Below are positions 27,321-36,171 of a DNA stretch of 51,553 nt, in pieces. Position 1 is the first letter of the stretch, and the number at the start of each line of letters is the position of its first letter. The stretch is from Gemmatimonadota bacterium (GTDB lineage Bacteria; Gemmatimonadota; Gemmatimonadetes; Gemmatimonadales; GWC2-71-9), in contig JBKPDZ010000132.1 of the NCBI GenBank assembly GCA_046728135.1, positions 1 through 51,553 of the forward strand, written 5' to 3'. The position numbers were made by a program, and so were the translations under genes. The notes under the pieces are model-generated. The model was not told where the DNA came from. It ran no database searches and worked only from the letters and a program-made list of their open reading frames with translations.

Positions 27321-28124
27321 TTACGGCGCGCGGCTATCTCTGAAGTACTGCCGCGCCTTTTCCGCAAGCTGCGAGCTCGACATCGGCAGATTGCGCTTCA
27401 CCCAGAGCATCGCCCGTTGGCCCGTCGGAAAGCGGCGCGCCCCTTCCTGCCGGGAGATGCTCGCCATCTGCGTGAGCGAAATCCCAAAAATCTCCTTGCT
27501 GGCCCGGTCGAGGGCCATGCCGAACTGCTCGTCGTCCGGCGTTGCCAGGATATCGGAGTGGGTGCGGCCGATGTCCTCGAGCGGGCCCGCGTACGCTTGC
27601 TCGGACTGCGTATCCATCGTGTAGCCACAGTAGAGCGAGAAGGGGTAGGTACGGGCCAGGGCATTCCAGAAGTCCTCGATTTGGATCGCGGCAGCGGTGC
27701 TCCCCTCTTGCCAGAGCGCATTCGCGAGCTCGCTGTAGATCCGAGTGCCGCGGCCTGAGGTCCGGAGGCGCGACAGGAGTGGGGCCAGCGCGTTCCGAAA
27801 CGGTGCCCAGTCCGGCTCACCGCTCGCCATGCATTGCACCATGACTTGTTCCGCATCCAGGACGGACAGTTGTCCCGGGTCGCGCAGCGATTGTGGGCGG
27901 AACTCGCCAGCCGCCAGGCGCTCGAACAACCGATCGCGCTGCTCGGCTGCCGCAATGACCACGACGCTGTCCCCGCGCCGCAAACCCGCCTCAACGAAGG
28001 TGAGCGCCGACTCGGTGAGTGTGTCACGACGACGATCCTGCCCTACGGTATCGCGGTGAAACTGGGCGAAATGACGACCGCTCGGCGCGACCGTCAGTAG
28101 GGTGCTGTCAAAGGGGGCGGTCAC
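27321..28124 (-). CDS. Stand-alone MEDS (DcmR-sensor-like) domain protein, paralog 2
   Basis: HFAQFH, GLRRGDSVVVIA, RIYSELANALW, IEDFWNAL and LYCGY. Confidence 0.75.
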   Translation of the reverse strand: MTAPFDSTLLTVAPSGRHFAQFHRDTVGQDRRRDTLTESALTFVEAGLRRGDSVVVIAAAEQRDRLFERLAAGEFRPQSLRDPGQLSVLDAEQVMVQCMASGEPDWAPFRNALAPLLSRLRTSGRGTRIYSELANALWQEGSTAAAIQIEDFWNALARTYPFSLYCGYTMDTQSEQAYAGPLEDIGRTHSDILATPDDEQFGMALDRASKEIFGISLTQMASISRQEGARRFPTGQRAMLWVKRNLPMSSSQLAEKARQYFRDSRAP

Positions 28125-28127
28125 GCG

Positions 28128-28913
28128 TTACACCGATTGTTCATAGTAGTGACGCGCGCGCTCGAGCACTGCGGCGCTCGCAGTCGGCAGATTGCGCTTG
28201 ACCCACAGCATGGTCCGCTGCCCGCTCGGGAAGCGCTGCTCGCCACTGTCCCGCCGCCGTGAGAAGCCGACCATCTCCGAGAGCGGGACGCCAAACACGT
28301 CGCGGCTCGCCGCGTCCAACGCCGCGCGGAACCGCTCATCGTCAGGGCTAGCCAGAATGTCGGAGTGTGTGCGGCCGATCTCCTCGAGGGGTCCGGCATA
28401 TGCTTGGTCGCGATGCACGTCGAGCATGTAGGTACAGAACATCGAAAACGGATACAGACGCGCGAGCTCGTTCCAGTACTCCTCGAAGCGAATGGCGGCG
28501 AGCGGCTTTCCTTCCTTCCACAGGAGACTCACCATCTCTTCATACGCTCGCGTCGTGCCGCGCCCGAACGCCCGCACCCGTTCGAAGATCGCGGCCATTG
28601 CCCGGCGGAAGTCCTCCCAGTCGGGCATGTCATTGCGCATGCACTTGCGCAACATCAGCTCGGCGTCGTGCAGCTCGAGCTGGCCGGACTTCAAGCACGT
28701 GCTGGGATCGAGGCCGTCAGCACGCAGGCACGTGAGAAAGAGGTCGGTGTGCCTGGGGGAGGCGATGACCACCACGCCGTTGCCGCGCCGCAGACCAGCC
28801 TGCAGATAGATCGTGACGGCATCGGCGAGGGTCTTCGGACTCTGGTGCAGTTGCGCGAAGTGGCGGTGGGCAGGCGCGTCTATCAGCAACGTATTGACGA
28901 GGGGATCAGTCAT
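28128..28913 (-). CDS. Stand-alone MEDS (DcmR-sensor-like) domain protein, paralog 1
   Basis: HFAQLH, GLRRGNGVVVIA, RAYEEMVSLLW, FEEYWNEL and MFCTY. Confidence 0.75.
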   Translation of the reverse strand: MTDPLVNTLLIDAPAHRHFAQLHQSPKTLADAVTIYLQAGLRRGNGVVVIASPRHTDLFLTCLRADGLDPSTCLKSGQLELHDAELMLRKCMRNDMPDWEDFRRAMAAIFERVRAFGRGTTRAYEEMVSLLWKEGKPLAAIRFEEYWNELARLYPFSMFCTYMLDVHRDQAYAGPLEEIGRTHSDILASPDDERFRAALDAASRDVFGVPLSEMVGFSRRRDSGEQRFPSGQRTMLWVKRNLPTASAAVLERARHYYEQSV

Positions 28914-28949
28914 CTATCGACGCACCGGGAAGAAACGGAAAACGGTCAT
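28914..28949 (-). CDS. Candidate leader peptide MTVFRFFPVRR
   Basis: ATG ACC GTT TTC CGT TTC TTC CCG GTG CGT CGA TAG, directly abutting the MEDS ATG, with TATTGT upstream. Confidence 0.35.
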   Translation of the reverse strand: MTVFRFFPVRR

Positions 28950-29053
28950 AGGGCGAAAACAATAGGGAACGCGTATGTCGCCACAATCAGTCCTGGGAGG
29001 GAATTCTCGGCGCAGCGACCTAGACCTGAGGGACTAGTCCTTCGGATGGAACC

Positions 29054-29680
29054 TCACCGAAAGCTCAGTTTGATGCCGTCGATGATGAACTGCACCGCAA
29101 TGGCACACAAGACCAATCCCATCAGGCGGGTCAGAATGCGCATGCCGGTTTGCCCAAGGCGCCGCTCGACCAGGGACGCCGCCGAGAGCACGAGGAACGT
29201 GAGCAACGATGTCAGGACGATCGAGATGTAAACTGCGGCCGTCGCTGCCACGGACTTCGCCCCGAGCGCGAGGACCATGACGGTCGAGATCGCTCCCGGA
29301 CCTGCGAGCATCGGCACGCCGAGCGGCATGATGCCGATGTCGTCTTTCTGGATGCCCTCGGCCTTCTCGACGGGCGTCTCCCGTTGCTGGCTGCGCCGGG
29401 CCTGGACCATGTCGAGCGCGTTGAGTCCGATCAGCACGCCACCCGCGATCTTGAATGCGCCGATGGTGATCCCGAAGATTTTGAAGATGAGGCTCCCGCC
29501 GAGGGCGAACGCGATCAGCGTAATCGCGCACGTCCACGCCCCACGGCGCGCGAGTATCCGGCGTTGCGCCGGTGAGTCGCGCTCAGTCATCGCGAGGAAC
29601 GTCGGAATGACGGCGAAGGGATCCACGATGAACAGGATCGACGTGAAGATGAGCAGCAGCTCCATCACGCGCTGATTCAT
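29054..29680 (-). CDS. marC: MarC family membrane protein
   Basis: FIVDPFAVIP, PLGVPMLAGPGAI and TRLMGL motifs. Confidence 0.95.
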   Translation of the reverse strand: MNQRVMELLLIFTSILFIVDPFAVIPTFLAMTERDSPAQRRILARRGAWTCAITLIAFALGGSLIFKIFGITIGAFKIAGGVLIGLNALDMVQARRSQQRETPVEKAEGIQKDDIGIMPLGVPMLAGPGAISTVMVLALGAKSVAATAAVYISIVLTSLLTFLVLSAASLVERRLGQTGMRILTRLMGLVLCAIAVQFIIDGIKLSFR

Positions 29681-31431
29681 CGCAGCAGCCCTTCACGAAT
29701 ACGGTGCATCTCCAAAGTCTGCACGGGCAGGTCGTGCAGCTCCGCGCGCACGCGTCGATAGCTCCCGGCGCGGAAGCGGAGGGTCAGGAGCCGGCTGTCG
29801 CGCACCACATCGACGGCCACTGCGGCGCCACGACCGAGTGGTCGGACCGCGGCGGCAACATCGGTCGCATCGATGATGTCGCGGCCATTGATGCGGACCA
29901 GCTCATCGCCGGTGCGAAGCCCGGTGCGCCAGGCGGCGCCTTCCACGGGGACGATCGCGCGCCAGCGCCCGCCCTGCACCGTTGGCGGGAGCGCGCCGAT
30001 GCGGACATCCACGGCGGCGACTTCGGTAAAGACGACGCGCCAGCCCGCCGCCTGCAGGTAGTTGTTCCAGGGAATCTCGTTCGCGCCACTCACGTACAAT
30101 CGCCAGAACTCCGTGAAGTCGCAGCCCGTGGCGCTGCGCACGGCGGCCACCAGCTGGTCCCGGGTGAAGCCGTGGTCCCCTGCGTAGTGTTCCAGGAGAT
30201 AGCGCATGACGTCATCGAGCGACTTCGCGTTTTCGGTGGAATCGCGGATCGCGAGATCGAGCAGAAACCCCAGCAGCTCGCCCTGAAGATAGTAGGAGAT
30301 CGTCATGCCATGGTTGACGGCGGGTGCATCCCAGGTCGTCCATGATGCGCGTTCCGGCGAGATCGCGAGCCGGGCCGGATCGCCCTGAAGATTCGCGATC
30401 GACGTCGCGAGCCGGCGCGCGAAGTCGCCGGGGGTGATGAGTCCCGCACGCGCGAGGATCAGGTCGGCGTAGTAATCAGTGACGCCCTCGCTCCACCAGA
30501 GATTGACTGTGCGCACCTCGTGTTCGTAGTCGAACGGCCCGAGCTCGATGGGCCGGATGCGCTTCACGTTCCAGGCGTGGAAGAACTCGTGCGCGCTGAC
30601 GGTCTGCGCGCCGCGGGGGTGCTTCGCGAGCGTTTCGGTCCGGACCCCGATCGTCGTGGAATTGCCGTGCTCGAGTCCGCCGCCGCGGCCGCCGACGAAG
30701 ATGTAGGTGTAGTCCCGATACGGGGCGCCGCCGAAAATGCCGATCGCCGTCGTCGAAATGCGGCGCAGCATGTCGACGAAGGCAGTGGGTGCAGAGGCGC
30801 GGCCGCGGCCGAGATCGACGACCGCGCGGTGTGGCGTCCCCGCGGCCGTGAACGCATACGACAGAAACTTGCCGAGCAGCATCGGCGCGTCCACGAGCGC
30901 ATCATAGTTCGGTGCCGTGAACGTCAGACTGTCGGGCGTCAGCGGCGCGAGACCCGTTGCGACCCGCCATCCTGGCTGAAGCTGGAACGTGACACGCGTC
31001 GGCTGCTGCTGCCAGCCGTCGAGGTACATGAAGGTGCGCGGCCCATCCACCATGCCGGAAGTCGCCCGCAGAAACCAGCGATTGTTGGGCCGGCGCCAGG
31101 CGACTGAATCACGCAGTCCGGCCGCGTAGCGGACGGTGATGACTCGGGTCCCACGCGTGTTGATCACCCACGAGTTCGGCGAATCCTGGTGGACCGGCAG
31201 GCGGTCCTGGGCGGGCGTCACGGCCTCAACATCGCCGATGTTCGTGCCAGAGTTCATCAGCTGATAGGCGCCCGGAGCCCATGCCGGAATCACGAGGCGG
31301 CTCGGATCGGGAGGATTCGCGATTTGGATCTCGATCAAGTACGCGGAACGATTGATCGGTACCTTGAGACTGTAGGCGAGCTGTGGAGTAGAATCTGACG
31401 CGCCGAGCAGCGCGACGAGCAGCAGGATCAA
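29677..31431 (-). CDS. M61 family metallopeptidase with PDZ domain
   Basis: PAWAPGAY, GGLEH, HEFFHAWNVKRIRP, WWSEGVTDYY and a C-terminal PDZ (GLRTGDELVRING). Confidence 0.92.
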   Translation of the reverse strand: MILLLVALLGASDSTPQLAYSLKVPINRSAYLIEIQIANPPDPSRLVIPAWAPGAYQLMNSGTNIGDVEAVTPAQDRLPVHQDSPNSWVINTRGTRVITVRYAAGLRDSVAWRRPNNRWFLRATSGMVDGPRTFMYLDGWQQQPTRVTFQLQPGWRVATGLAPLTPDSLTFTAPNYDALVDAPMLLGKFLSYAFTAAGTPHRAVVDLGRGRASAPTAFVDMLRRISTTAIGIFGGAPYRDYTYIFVGGRGGGLEHGNSTTIGVRTETLAKHPRGAQTVSAHEFFHAWNVKRIRPIELGPFDYEHEVRTVNLWWSEGVTDYYADLILARAGLITPGDFARRLATSIANLQGDPARLAISPERASWTTWDAPAVNHGMTISYYLQGELLGFLLDLAIRDSTENAKSLDDVMRYLLEHYAGDHGFTRDQLVAAVRSATGCDFTEFWRLYVSGANEIPWNNYLQAAGWRVVFTEVAAVDVRIGALPPTVQGGRWRAIVPVEGAAWRTGLRTGDELVRINGRDIIDATDVAAAVRPLGRGAAVAVDVVRDSRLLTLRFRAGSYRRVRAELHDLPVQTLEMHRIREGLLR

Positions 31432-32261
31432 AGCGCGACCTGTACCACCCGGTCCTTGCCCGACTTCTTCGCGTCGTACATCGCCTGATCCGCCCGCCGA
31501 ATCAAATCATCCGTACTGGCATCCGTGGCCGCGCAGGACACGACGCCAATACTTGCGGTCACATTCGGCGTTCCCTTGAACACATTGCGGACTCCCGCGA
31601 TGAGCCGCTTCGCGGCGGCGTCGGCCAGCGCCGCGTCCGTCTCGGGCATGAGCACCGCGAACTCGTCACCGCCGAGCCTGCCGAGGACGTCGGCGTGACG
31701 CACCGACGACCGCATCGCATCCGCGACGAGGCGCAGCACGGCGTCACCCGTATGATGGCCGTGCGTGTCGTTGATGACCTTGAAGTTGTCGAGATCCATG
31801 TACAACAGCGCGAGGGGCCGCGGATAGCGGCGATTGCGGTCGAGCTCCTGCGTCAACCGGTCCACGAAGGCACGCGCGTTCAGCACGTTGGTGAGCTGGT
31901 CTTGCGTGACCAGGCGGGCGAGCTGCGCCTGGCTCCGCCGCAGCGACTGCAGCCCCGCCATCGCGACGCCGAGTACGGCGAGATAGGCCAGCCCGTTTAG
32001 AATGCGCCACGGCAGCGGCGTGTCCGCCGGCATCTGAACCCAGGCGGTCGCTTCCCGGAATACCGTCGTCGCGGCGGCGAAAACGACTCCCCAGGCCAAT
32101 CCCTCCGTCCAGGTGACGAGCAGTACGGGGATGGTATACAGAATGCCGAACCGCGCCGCGGCGGGCGTGACGGTATTGACCCAGTACACGAGGAGCGTGA
32201 GCAGCACGTAGCCGACGAGGCGCAGCGCCTGACGCACCCCCGGTGAACCGAGCGCAGCCAT
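31428..32261 (-). CDS. Membrane-bound diguanylate cyclase (GGDEF)
   Basis: N-terminal TM helices, DLDNFKVINDTHGH, RHAD I-site and RLGGDEF. Confidence 0.93.
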   Translation of the reverse strand: MAALGSPGVRQALRLVGYVLLTLLVYWVNTVTPAAARFGILYTIPVLLVTWTEGLAWGVVFAAATTVFREATAWVQMPADTPLPWRILNGLAYLAVLGVAMAGLQSLRRSQAQLARLVTQDQLTNVLNARAFVDRLTQELDRNRRYPRPLALLYMDLDNFKVINDTHGHHTGDAVLRLVADAMRSSVRHADVLGRLGGDEFAVLMPETDAALADAAAKRLIAGVRNVFKGTPNVTASIGVVSCAATDASTDDLIRRADQAMYDAKKSGKDRVVQVAL

Positions 32262-33484
32262 CAGTAGGCGGGCTCCGCGACATGCCGCGGATCGTCGAGG
32301 ATCAGCGCCTGAAGCTCGGTTCCCACGGGCACCGTGGGCATCTCGGCCGGGACGATTAGCAGGGCGTTCGCGTGCGCCATGCTGGTGAGAATGCCAGACC
32401 CCTGCGGGCCTGTCAAACGCGCCGCTCCTTCCTCTACTATAGCGCGCAGGAAGTGTCGCAGTCTTGGACCGAGCGTGATGGGTTCACGCGTGGTGACCGG
32501 CACCGTTCTGCGAAAGGGCAGGGCATGCCCCTGCAGGCGACGGATGACGGGCCGCACGAAGAGCTCGAAGGTCACCATCGTGCTGACGGGATTGCCGGGC
32601 AGTCCGATCCAGGGAATGCCGTTCAGCAGCCCGAATCCCACCGGCGCGCCGGGCCGCATCGCGATCCGCCAGAGCTTCAGCTCCCCGCCCGATTCCTGCA
32701 GCACGTCGCGGACGAGATCGTGCTCGCCGACGCTGACGCCGGCGGTGGTCACGAGCAAATCGGCGTTCGCCGCGCCGCGCAGGTGCTCGCGCAGGCTCTC
32801 TCGTGTGTCGCGCGCCACGCCGAGGTTGACCGGCGCGGCCGAAGAACGGCGAATGAGGGCATCGAGCGTGTAGGAGTTGGAGGTGGCGATCTTTTTGCCG
32901 GCGAGAATCTCATCTCGCCGGTCCAGGTCGACGATCTCGTCACCCGATCCCATGAACGCCACCCGCGGCATGCGGTGCACGAGCGGCCGGTCGTGCGCGA
33001 TCGAGGCGAGCACGCCGAGCTGTGCCGGGCCGAGCGCCGTGCCCGCGGTGAGAACGACGGCGTCTTTGCGAATGTCCTCGCCGCGTCGCCGGATGTTTTT
33101 CTTCGCGTCGCGCGGATTGTTGATCCTCACGGTTCCGTTGGTCGACTGCTCGGTATCTTCTTGGCGGATCACCGTGTCGGCGCCCTGGGGCAGCGGCGCG
33201 CCCGTGAAGATCCGGACTGCCTGGGCCGGGCCGATGGACTTGCTGGGAAACTGGCCGGCCGGCACGGTCTCGATGACGGCGAGCTCCGTTGCACCGCTCT
33301 CGCGCACGTCTTGGCTCCGCACGGCGTATCCGTCCATCGCCGAGTTGTCCCACGGCGGCAGGTCGATCGGACTGACGACATCCTCCGCGAGCACGAGGTC
33401 CAGCGCCTCGCGCAACGGCCGGCGCTCGGCGGGAAGCGGGCGGACATGGCTGATGATGATTCGCGCGGCCTCGGCGGGAGTCAT
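32261..33484 (-). CDS. moeA: Molybdopterin molybdotransferase
   Basis: NSAMDGYA, IFTGAPLP, GSGDE, GVSVGEHD and LPGNPVS motifs. Start MTPAEA at 33484. Confidence 0.96.
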   Translation of the reverse strand: MTPAEAARIIISHVRPLPAERRPLREALDLVLAEDVVSPIDLPPWDNSAMDGYAVRSQDVRESGATELAVIETVPAGQFPSKSIGPAQAVRIFTGAPLPQGADTVIRQEDTEQSTNGTVRINNPRDAKKNIRRRGEDIRKDAVVLTAGTALGPAQLGVLASIAHDRPLVHRMPRVAFMGSGDEIVDLDRRDEILAGKKIATSNSYTLDALIRRSSAAPVNLGVARDTRESLREHLRGAANADLLVTTAGVSVGEHDLVRDVLQESGGELKLWRIAMRPGAPVGFGLLNGIPWIGLPGNPVSTMVTFELFVRPVIRRLQGHALPFRRTVPVTTREPITLGPRLRHFLRAIVEEGAARLTGPQGSGILTSMAHANALLIVPAEMPTVPVGTELQALILDDPRHVAEPAY

Positions 33485-33999
33485 GGCGGTAGAATCTTGG
33501 CTTGGTCCCAGGCGAGATTCGCGATGGTGACCAGCCACGACGTGTCGCTGAAGCGAAACACGGGGAAAGGTGCCCGCAGCGTGGGGTCGTCGGTCACGAT
33601 CGCGATCCAGTCGGCGGGATCATGCACAGCGGCATCGAACACCGGCTTGGGACCGGCCACTTTGCGATACACTTCGATCTTTGGCAGGGGCGCGCGTTTG
33701 AATCCTTCGACCAGCACAATGTCGGCGTCGCTCAGGTAGCGGCGCGCGAGCGTGATGGGATCGGCTTCGTGCTCCGTGCGTTCGAACAGCACGCGTTGTC
33801 CGGGCGCTTCCATCACCACACGCTCCGCCTTTCCCTCGTGCCAATGGCGCCAGGTGTCCTTGCCCTTTTGATCCATGTCGGCGGGATGCGAGCCGTGCTT
33901 GATCGTCATCACGCGCAGCTTGCGGCGCACCAGCTCGGCCGCGAGCGCGACGAGAAAAGACGTCTTGCCCGCATCCTTGAGCCCGATGATCGAGATCAT
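33481..33999 (-). CDS. mobB: Molybdopterin-guanine dinucleotide biosynthesis protein B
   Basis: GLKDAGKT P-loop, IKH, GKDT and LVEGFK motifs. Confidence 0.92.
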   Translation of the reverse strand: MISIIGLKDAGKTSFLVALAAELVRRKLRVMTIKHGSHPADMDQKGKDTWRHWHEGKAERVVMEAPGQRVLFERTEHEADPITLARRYLSDADIVLVEGFKRAPLPKIEVYRKVAGPKPVFDAAVHDPADWIAIVTDDPTLRAPFPVFRFSDTSWLVTIANLAWDQAKILPP

Positions 34000-34601
34000 C
34001 CGTGTCGCCGGGATAGCGCCTCCGCGCGCGCGAGGTCCGCCGGCGTGTTCACGTTGAAGAACAGCTCGTCGGGATCGCCAAACGCCTGGACCTCCGCGAG
34101 GGGGAGGATACCGACCCGTACGTCGGCGTGGAAGGAGATCGCCTGCAGGTCGCCATGGTCCAGTCGCCGCAAGATCGCGGGGGCGCATGCCGGCCCGTAG
34201 ACCGCACACAGCGGCTCCAGGCCGCGCCGGCCCGAGCTCTCAGGAAGAAAAGCGTCGTAGCCGCCGCCGGCGGCGCCGGCGACCAGCGCGCTGAGCAGCG
34301 CCTCCGGCACGAACGGCATATCCCAGGCGACACAGAGCACGGGCTCGGGACCGGCGCCCACCGCCGTGTAGATCCCGCCGAGACTGCCGCAGCCCGGCCG
34401 GCTGTCGGGAATCGTCCGCAAGTCCGGGCGCCACGAGGCGGCGTCGGGTGCGTTGGCGATCACCAGTGGCGGTGCGGCCGTCGCCGCCTGCACTGCACCA
34501 ACGACATGATCGAGAATGCGGCGAGCGCCGACCGTCAGCAAACCCTTGGGCAATCCACCGTAGCGGCGAGCGCCGCCTCCGGCCAGGACCGCGCCTCGCA
34601 T
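33996..34601 (-). CDS. mobA: Molybdenum cofactor guanylyltransferase
   Basis: LAGGGARRYG, AWDMPF, EPLCAVY and FNVNTP motifs. Confidence 0.93.
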   Translation of the reverse strand: MRGAVLAGGGARRYGGLPKGLLTVGARRILDHVVGAVQAATAAPPLVIANAPDAASWRPDLRTIPDSRPGCGSLGGIYTAVGAGPEPVLCVAWDMPFVPEALLSALVAGAAGGGYDAFLPESSGRRGLEPLCAVYGPACAPAILRRLDHGDLQAISFHADVRVGILPLAEVQAFGDPDELFFNVNTPADLARAEALSRRHG

Positions 34602-34602
34602 G

Positions 34603-35025
34603 CTAGACCTTGAGGTGATCGTGTTCGATGGCGAGGCAGTGATCCATGACGAACGCGATCCCGGCCGCCTCGGCACGCTGGCCGGCGCCTGCATCCACGA
34701 CGCCGAGCTGCAGCCAGATTACCTTGGGCGCCGGCCGCAGCGCGATGGCTTCATCGACGATCGCTCCCACATGCTCGCTGCGCCGAAATACGTTCACCAC
34801 GTCAATCGGATGCTCGCGCGCGGCATCGGCGAGCGTCCGGTAGCTCTTCTCGTGGAGGATTTCGCCGTGACCCGGATTCACCGGCACGATCTTGTAGCCG
34901 GATCGCTGCAAATAGCGGGCGACGGAATTGCTGGGTCGCATCGGGTTGGGCGAGAGTCCCACGACCGCGATGGTGCGGGCGCCCCGGAGCAGGGCGCGGA
35001 GGGTCTCCTCTTCAGACGGCGTCAT
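34603..35025 (-). CDS. CoA-binding protein (YccU-like)
   Basis: IAVVGLS, PVNP, VNVFRR, WLQLG and MDHC motifs. Confidence 0.92.
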   Translation of the reverse strand: MTPSEEETLRALLRGARTIAVVGLSPNPMRPSNSVARYLQRSGYKIVPVNPGHGEILHEKSYRTLADAAREHPIDVVNVFRRSEHVGAIVDEAIALRPAPKVIWLQLGVVDAGAGQRAEAAGIAFVMDHCLAIEHDHLKV

Positions 35026-35744
35026 ACCTCGCGTCTGTGCACGTGCGGTGTCCCACTGACGGCCCGGCCGACGAGCACCATCCCGGAGCGCTCGGCGATG
35101 GTCACCGCGAGTGTGGACGGCACGCTGGGCGTCGCCACCCAGGCGAGTCCCGCGCGCGCCGCCTTGAACGCCAGCTCGGCCGAAATGCGGCCCGTGACGA
35201 GGAGACCGCGGCCCACGATGGGTGTCCGCGCGAGCACCGCTGCACCGATGACCTTGTCTACCGCGTTGTGCCGGCCGATGTCTTCGGCGTGAAACAGCAG
35301 CGTCGTGCTGTCGGTCAATGCGGCGGCATGAATACCGCCCGTTTCGTTGTAACGAGCGCCCGAAGCGAACAACTGCTTGAATAGCTCGCGTAACGTTTCC
35401 GGCGCGGGCGGCTCACCGCGCAGCGGTGCCTTCCGGCTCATGGCTTCCGGGTCCGCGAGCATCGTCGCGACCGCGCCGCACCCTGATGCGAGCACGCGTT
35501 TGCGATTCTCGCCTTTCACCTGGGCGAGTCGCTCGGGTTTGACATCGGCCCAGAAGCCGAGATCGGGAGCGCAGGGACGCAGCTGAACCAGATCGTCGAG
35601 CGACGCGATGTAGCCCTCGCCGTGCAGCCAGCCGACCGCGAGCTCCTCGAGCTGGTCGGGTGTGCACATCCACGTGACTGCGGGCTCGCCGTTCACTCCC
35701 AGCCACACGGGCCACTCCTCGACCACGGCCGAGTCGGCGCGCAT
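35022..35744 (-). CDS. fdhD: Formate dehydrogenase accessory sulfurtransferase
   Basis: MCTP, TGGIHAA, EDIGRHNAVDK and TGRISAE motifs. Single-Cys SGCG loop. Confidence 0.92.
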   Translation of the reverse strand: MRADSAVVEEWPVWLGVNGEPAVTWMCTPDQLEELAVGWLHGEGYIASLDDLVQLRPCAPDLGFWADVKPERLAQVKGENRKRVLASGCGAVATMLADPEAMSRKAPLRGEPPAPETLRELFKQLFASGARYNETGGIHAAALTDSTTLLFHAEDIGRHNAVDKVIGAAVLARTPIVGRGLLVTGRISAELAFKAARAGLAWVATPSVPSTLAVTIAERSGMVLVGRAVSGTPHVHRREV

Positions 35745-35766
35745 GCGGCCGGAGCGATCGCCCGGC

Positions 35767-36168
35767 TTACGATTCGCCGCGGTATTCGGAATAGAGATGG
35801 GGACTCTCCTGGATACGCACACAGTACAGGGTTACGCCCTTTGGCAACGCGCCGGCGAGACGCTCCCAGACATGGACCGCCAGCGCCTCCCCGGTCGCGA
35901 TCCAGCTGCCGCCGGCGAACGGGCTGATATCGTTGTTGATGTGTCGCCCGTCGAACCGCGCCACGACTTCGCGCTGCAGCAACGCCTTGAGTGCCAGCAG
36001 GCTCATGACGCCCCCCCCGCCGCGCGCCGGATCGAACACGCCCTTGACCGTCACGGCGCACTTGTACTGATGACTGTGATCGTCCGTCGCGCCCGAGAAC
36101 TCGGGTGTATTGGGGAAACGATGCGTGGCGGTGAACTCCACGACCCGCGTCAGATACGCTGTCGGCAT
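35767..36168 (-). CDS. 6-pyruvoyl/6-carboxy-tetrahydropterin synthase family (QueD/PTPS-like), divergent
   Basis: FTATH, HSHQY, FDGRHIN, TGEALA and VRIQES pattern. Confidence 0.8.
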   Translation of the reverse strand: MPTAYLTRVVEFTATHRFPNTPEFSGATDDHSHQYKCAVTVKGVFDPARGGGGVMSLLALKALLQREVVARFDGRHINNDISPFAGGSWIATGEALAVHVWERLAGALPKGVTLYCVRIQESPHLYSEYRGES

Positions 36169-36171
36169 TCC

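Noticed and set aside
28965-29053. Possible riboswitch (e.g. c-di-GMP) or terminator between marC and the MEDS genes
   Set aside because: Only short stems. I recognised no aptamer consensus or U-tract. An Rfam/Infernal scan would be needed.
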